The notes under the pieces: generated by a model
What the model was told of the DNA's origin: nothing
What the model saw: only the letters and a program-made list of their open reading frames with translations
Database searches by the model: none
Made by a program: the position numbers and the translations under genes
Shown here: piece by piece, positions 35,018 to 35,243 of the stretch
Layout: each line of letters opens with the position of its first letter
Position numbering within the stretch: position 1 is the stretch's first letter
IMG/VR virus record: IMGVR_UViG_3300045988_131290
Direction: 5' to 3' (one strand)
DNA: 35,243 nucleotides
Source of the DNA: a virus

Positions 35018-35167
35018 TTACTCCTTTCTAAAAGAGGGGTCATTTTCTCCGTCAAGGATTAAATTATCTATGATCCCTTTGAATTCATTAAATTCGTCAT
35101 TTGTCAATTTATCGTTTAGTTCGATTAATTGTAACATTGTCTGCCTTATAATTTCGTCATAGCTCAT
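35018..35167 (-). CDS. Small hypothetical protein, first gene of the early operon
   Basis: Preferred start is MSYDEII at 35167, preceded by GGAGGAGG. The ORF-track start at 35212 has no RBS and sits about 3 nt from the predicted transcription start. Confidence 0.5.
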   Translation of the reverse strand: MSYDEIIRQTMLQLIELNDKLTNDEFNEFKGIIDNLILDGENDPSFRKE

Positions 35168-35188
35168 GTGATGCAGTACCTCCTCCGA

Positions 35189-35243
35189 AAAAAATACGAC
35201 ATTTTGTCGCATCTGAGGTATATTTTAGATTAAATATCTTAAT
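35189..35243. repeat. Second copy of the 55-bp terminal overlap
   Basis: Exact identity to 1..55. Confidence 0.95.

Noticed and set aside
1-35243. Search for integrase, transposase, protelomerase, tRNA/rRNA genes and CRISPR arrays
   Set aside because: No ORF shows recombinase or telomere-resolvase signatures by eye, and no RNA-gene or CRISPR structure was found. This absence is a by-eye judgement and needs confirmation by HMM search.

Overview
The window is a complete, circularly closed replicon: bases 1-55 are identical to 35189-35243, giving a unit length of about 35,188 bp. It is AT-rich with Firmicute-style GGAGG ribosome-binding sites, and it reads as a temperate siphovirus-like phage. 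Only one gene is on the + strand, an XRE/cI-like repressor at 249..599. It diverges from one long minus-strand gene train. In transcription order (high to low coordinates) that train contains: (1) an early/replication module with SNF2 helicase, VRR-NUC nuclease, ERF annealase, DUF669, family-B DNA polymerase, DUF3310 protein, ThyX and a D5/P4 primase-helicase followed by an iteron array; (2) a RinA/ArpU-like late regulator; (3) HNH-TerS-TerL cos-type packaging genes; (4) an HK97-type head module (portal, ClpP-like protease, major capsid protein plus a shorter capsid paralogue); (5) connector proteins, major tail protein and G/GT chaperones with an A_AAA_AAG -1 slip site; (6) tape measure, Dit, Tal and a BppU-type fibre carrying an M14 zinc-carboxypeptidase domain; (7) endolysin and holin; (8) a plasmid-style maintenance block (DnaD-domain Rep, membrane Zn-ribbon protein, ParM, ParR); and (9) a four-gene accessory cassette. 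No integrase or other recombinase is recognisable, so the most interesting reading is a phage-plasmid with two separate candidate replication origins. Other points of interest are a putative antisense RNA over the rep leader, repeat-rich control regions around the late-operon start, and intrinsic terminators that the late transcript would have to read through. All functional calls rest on motif recognition by eye and on gene order. No database search was possible.
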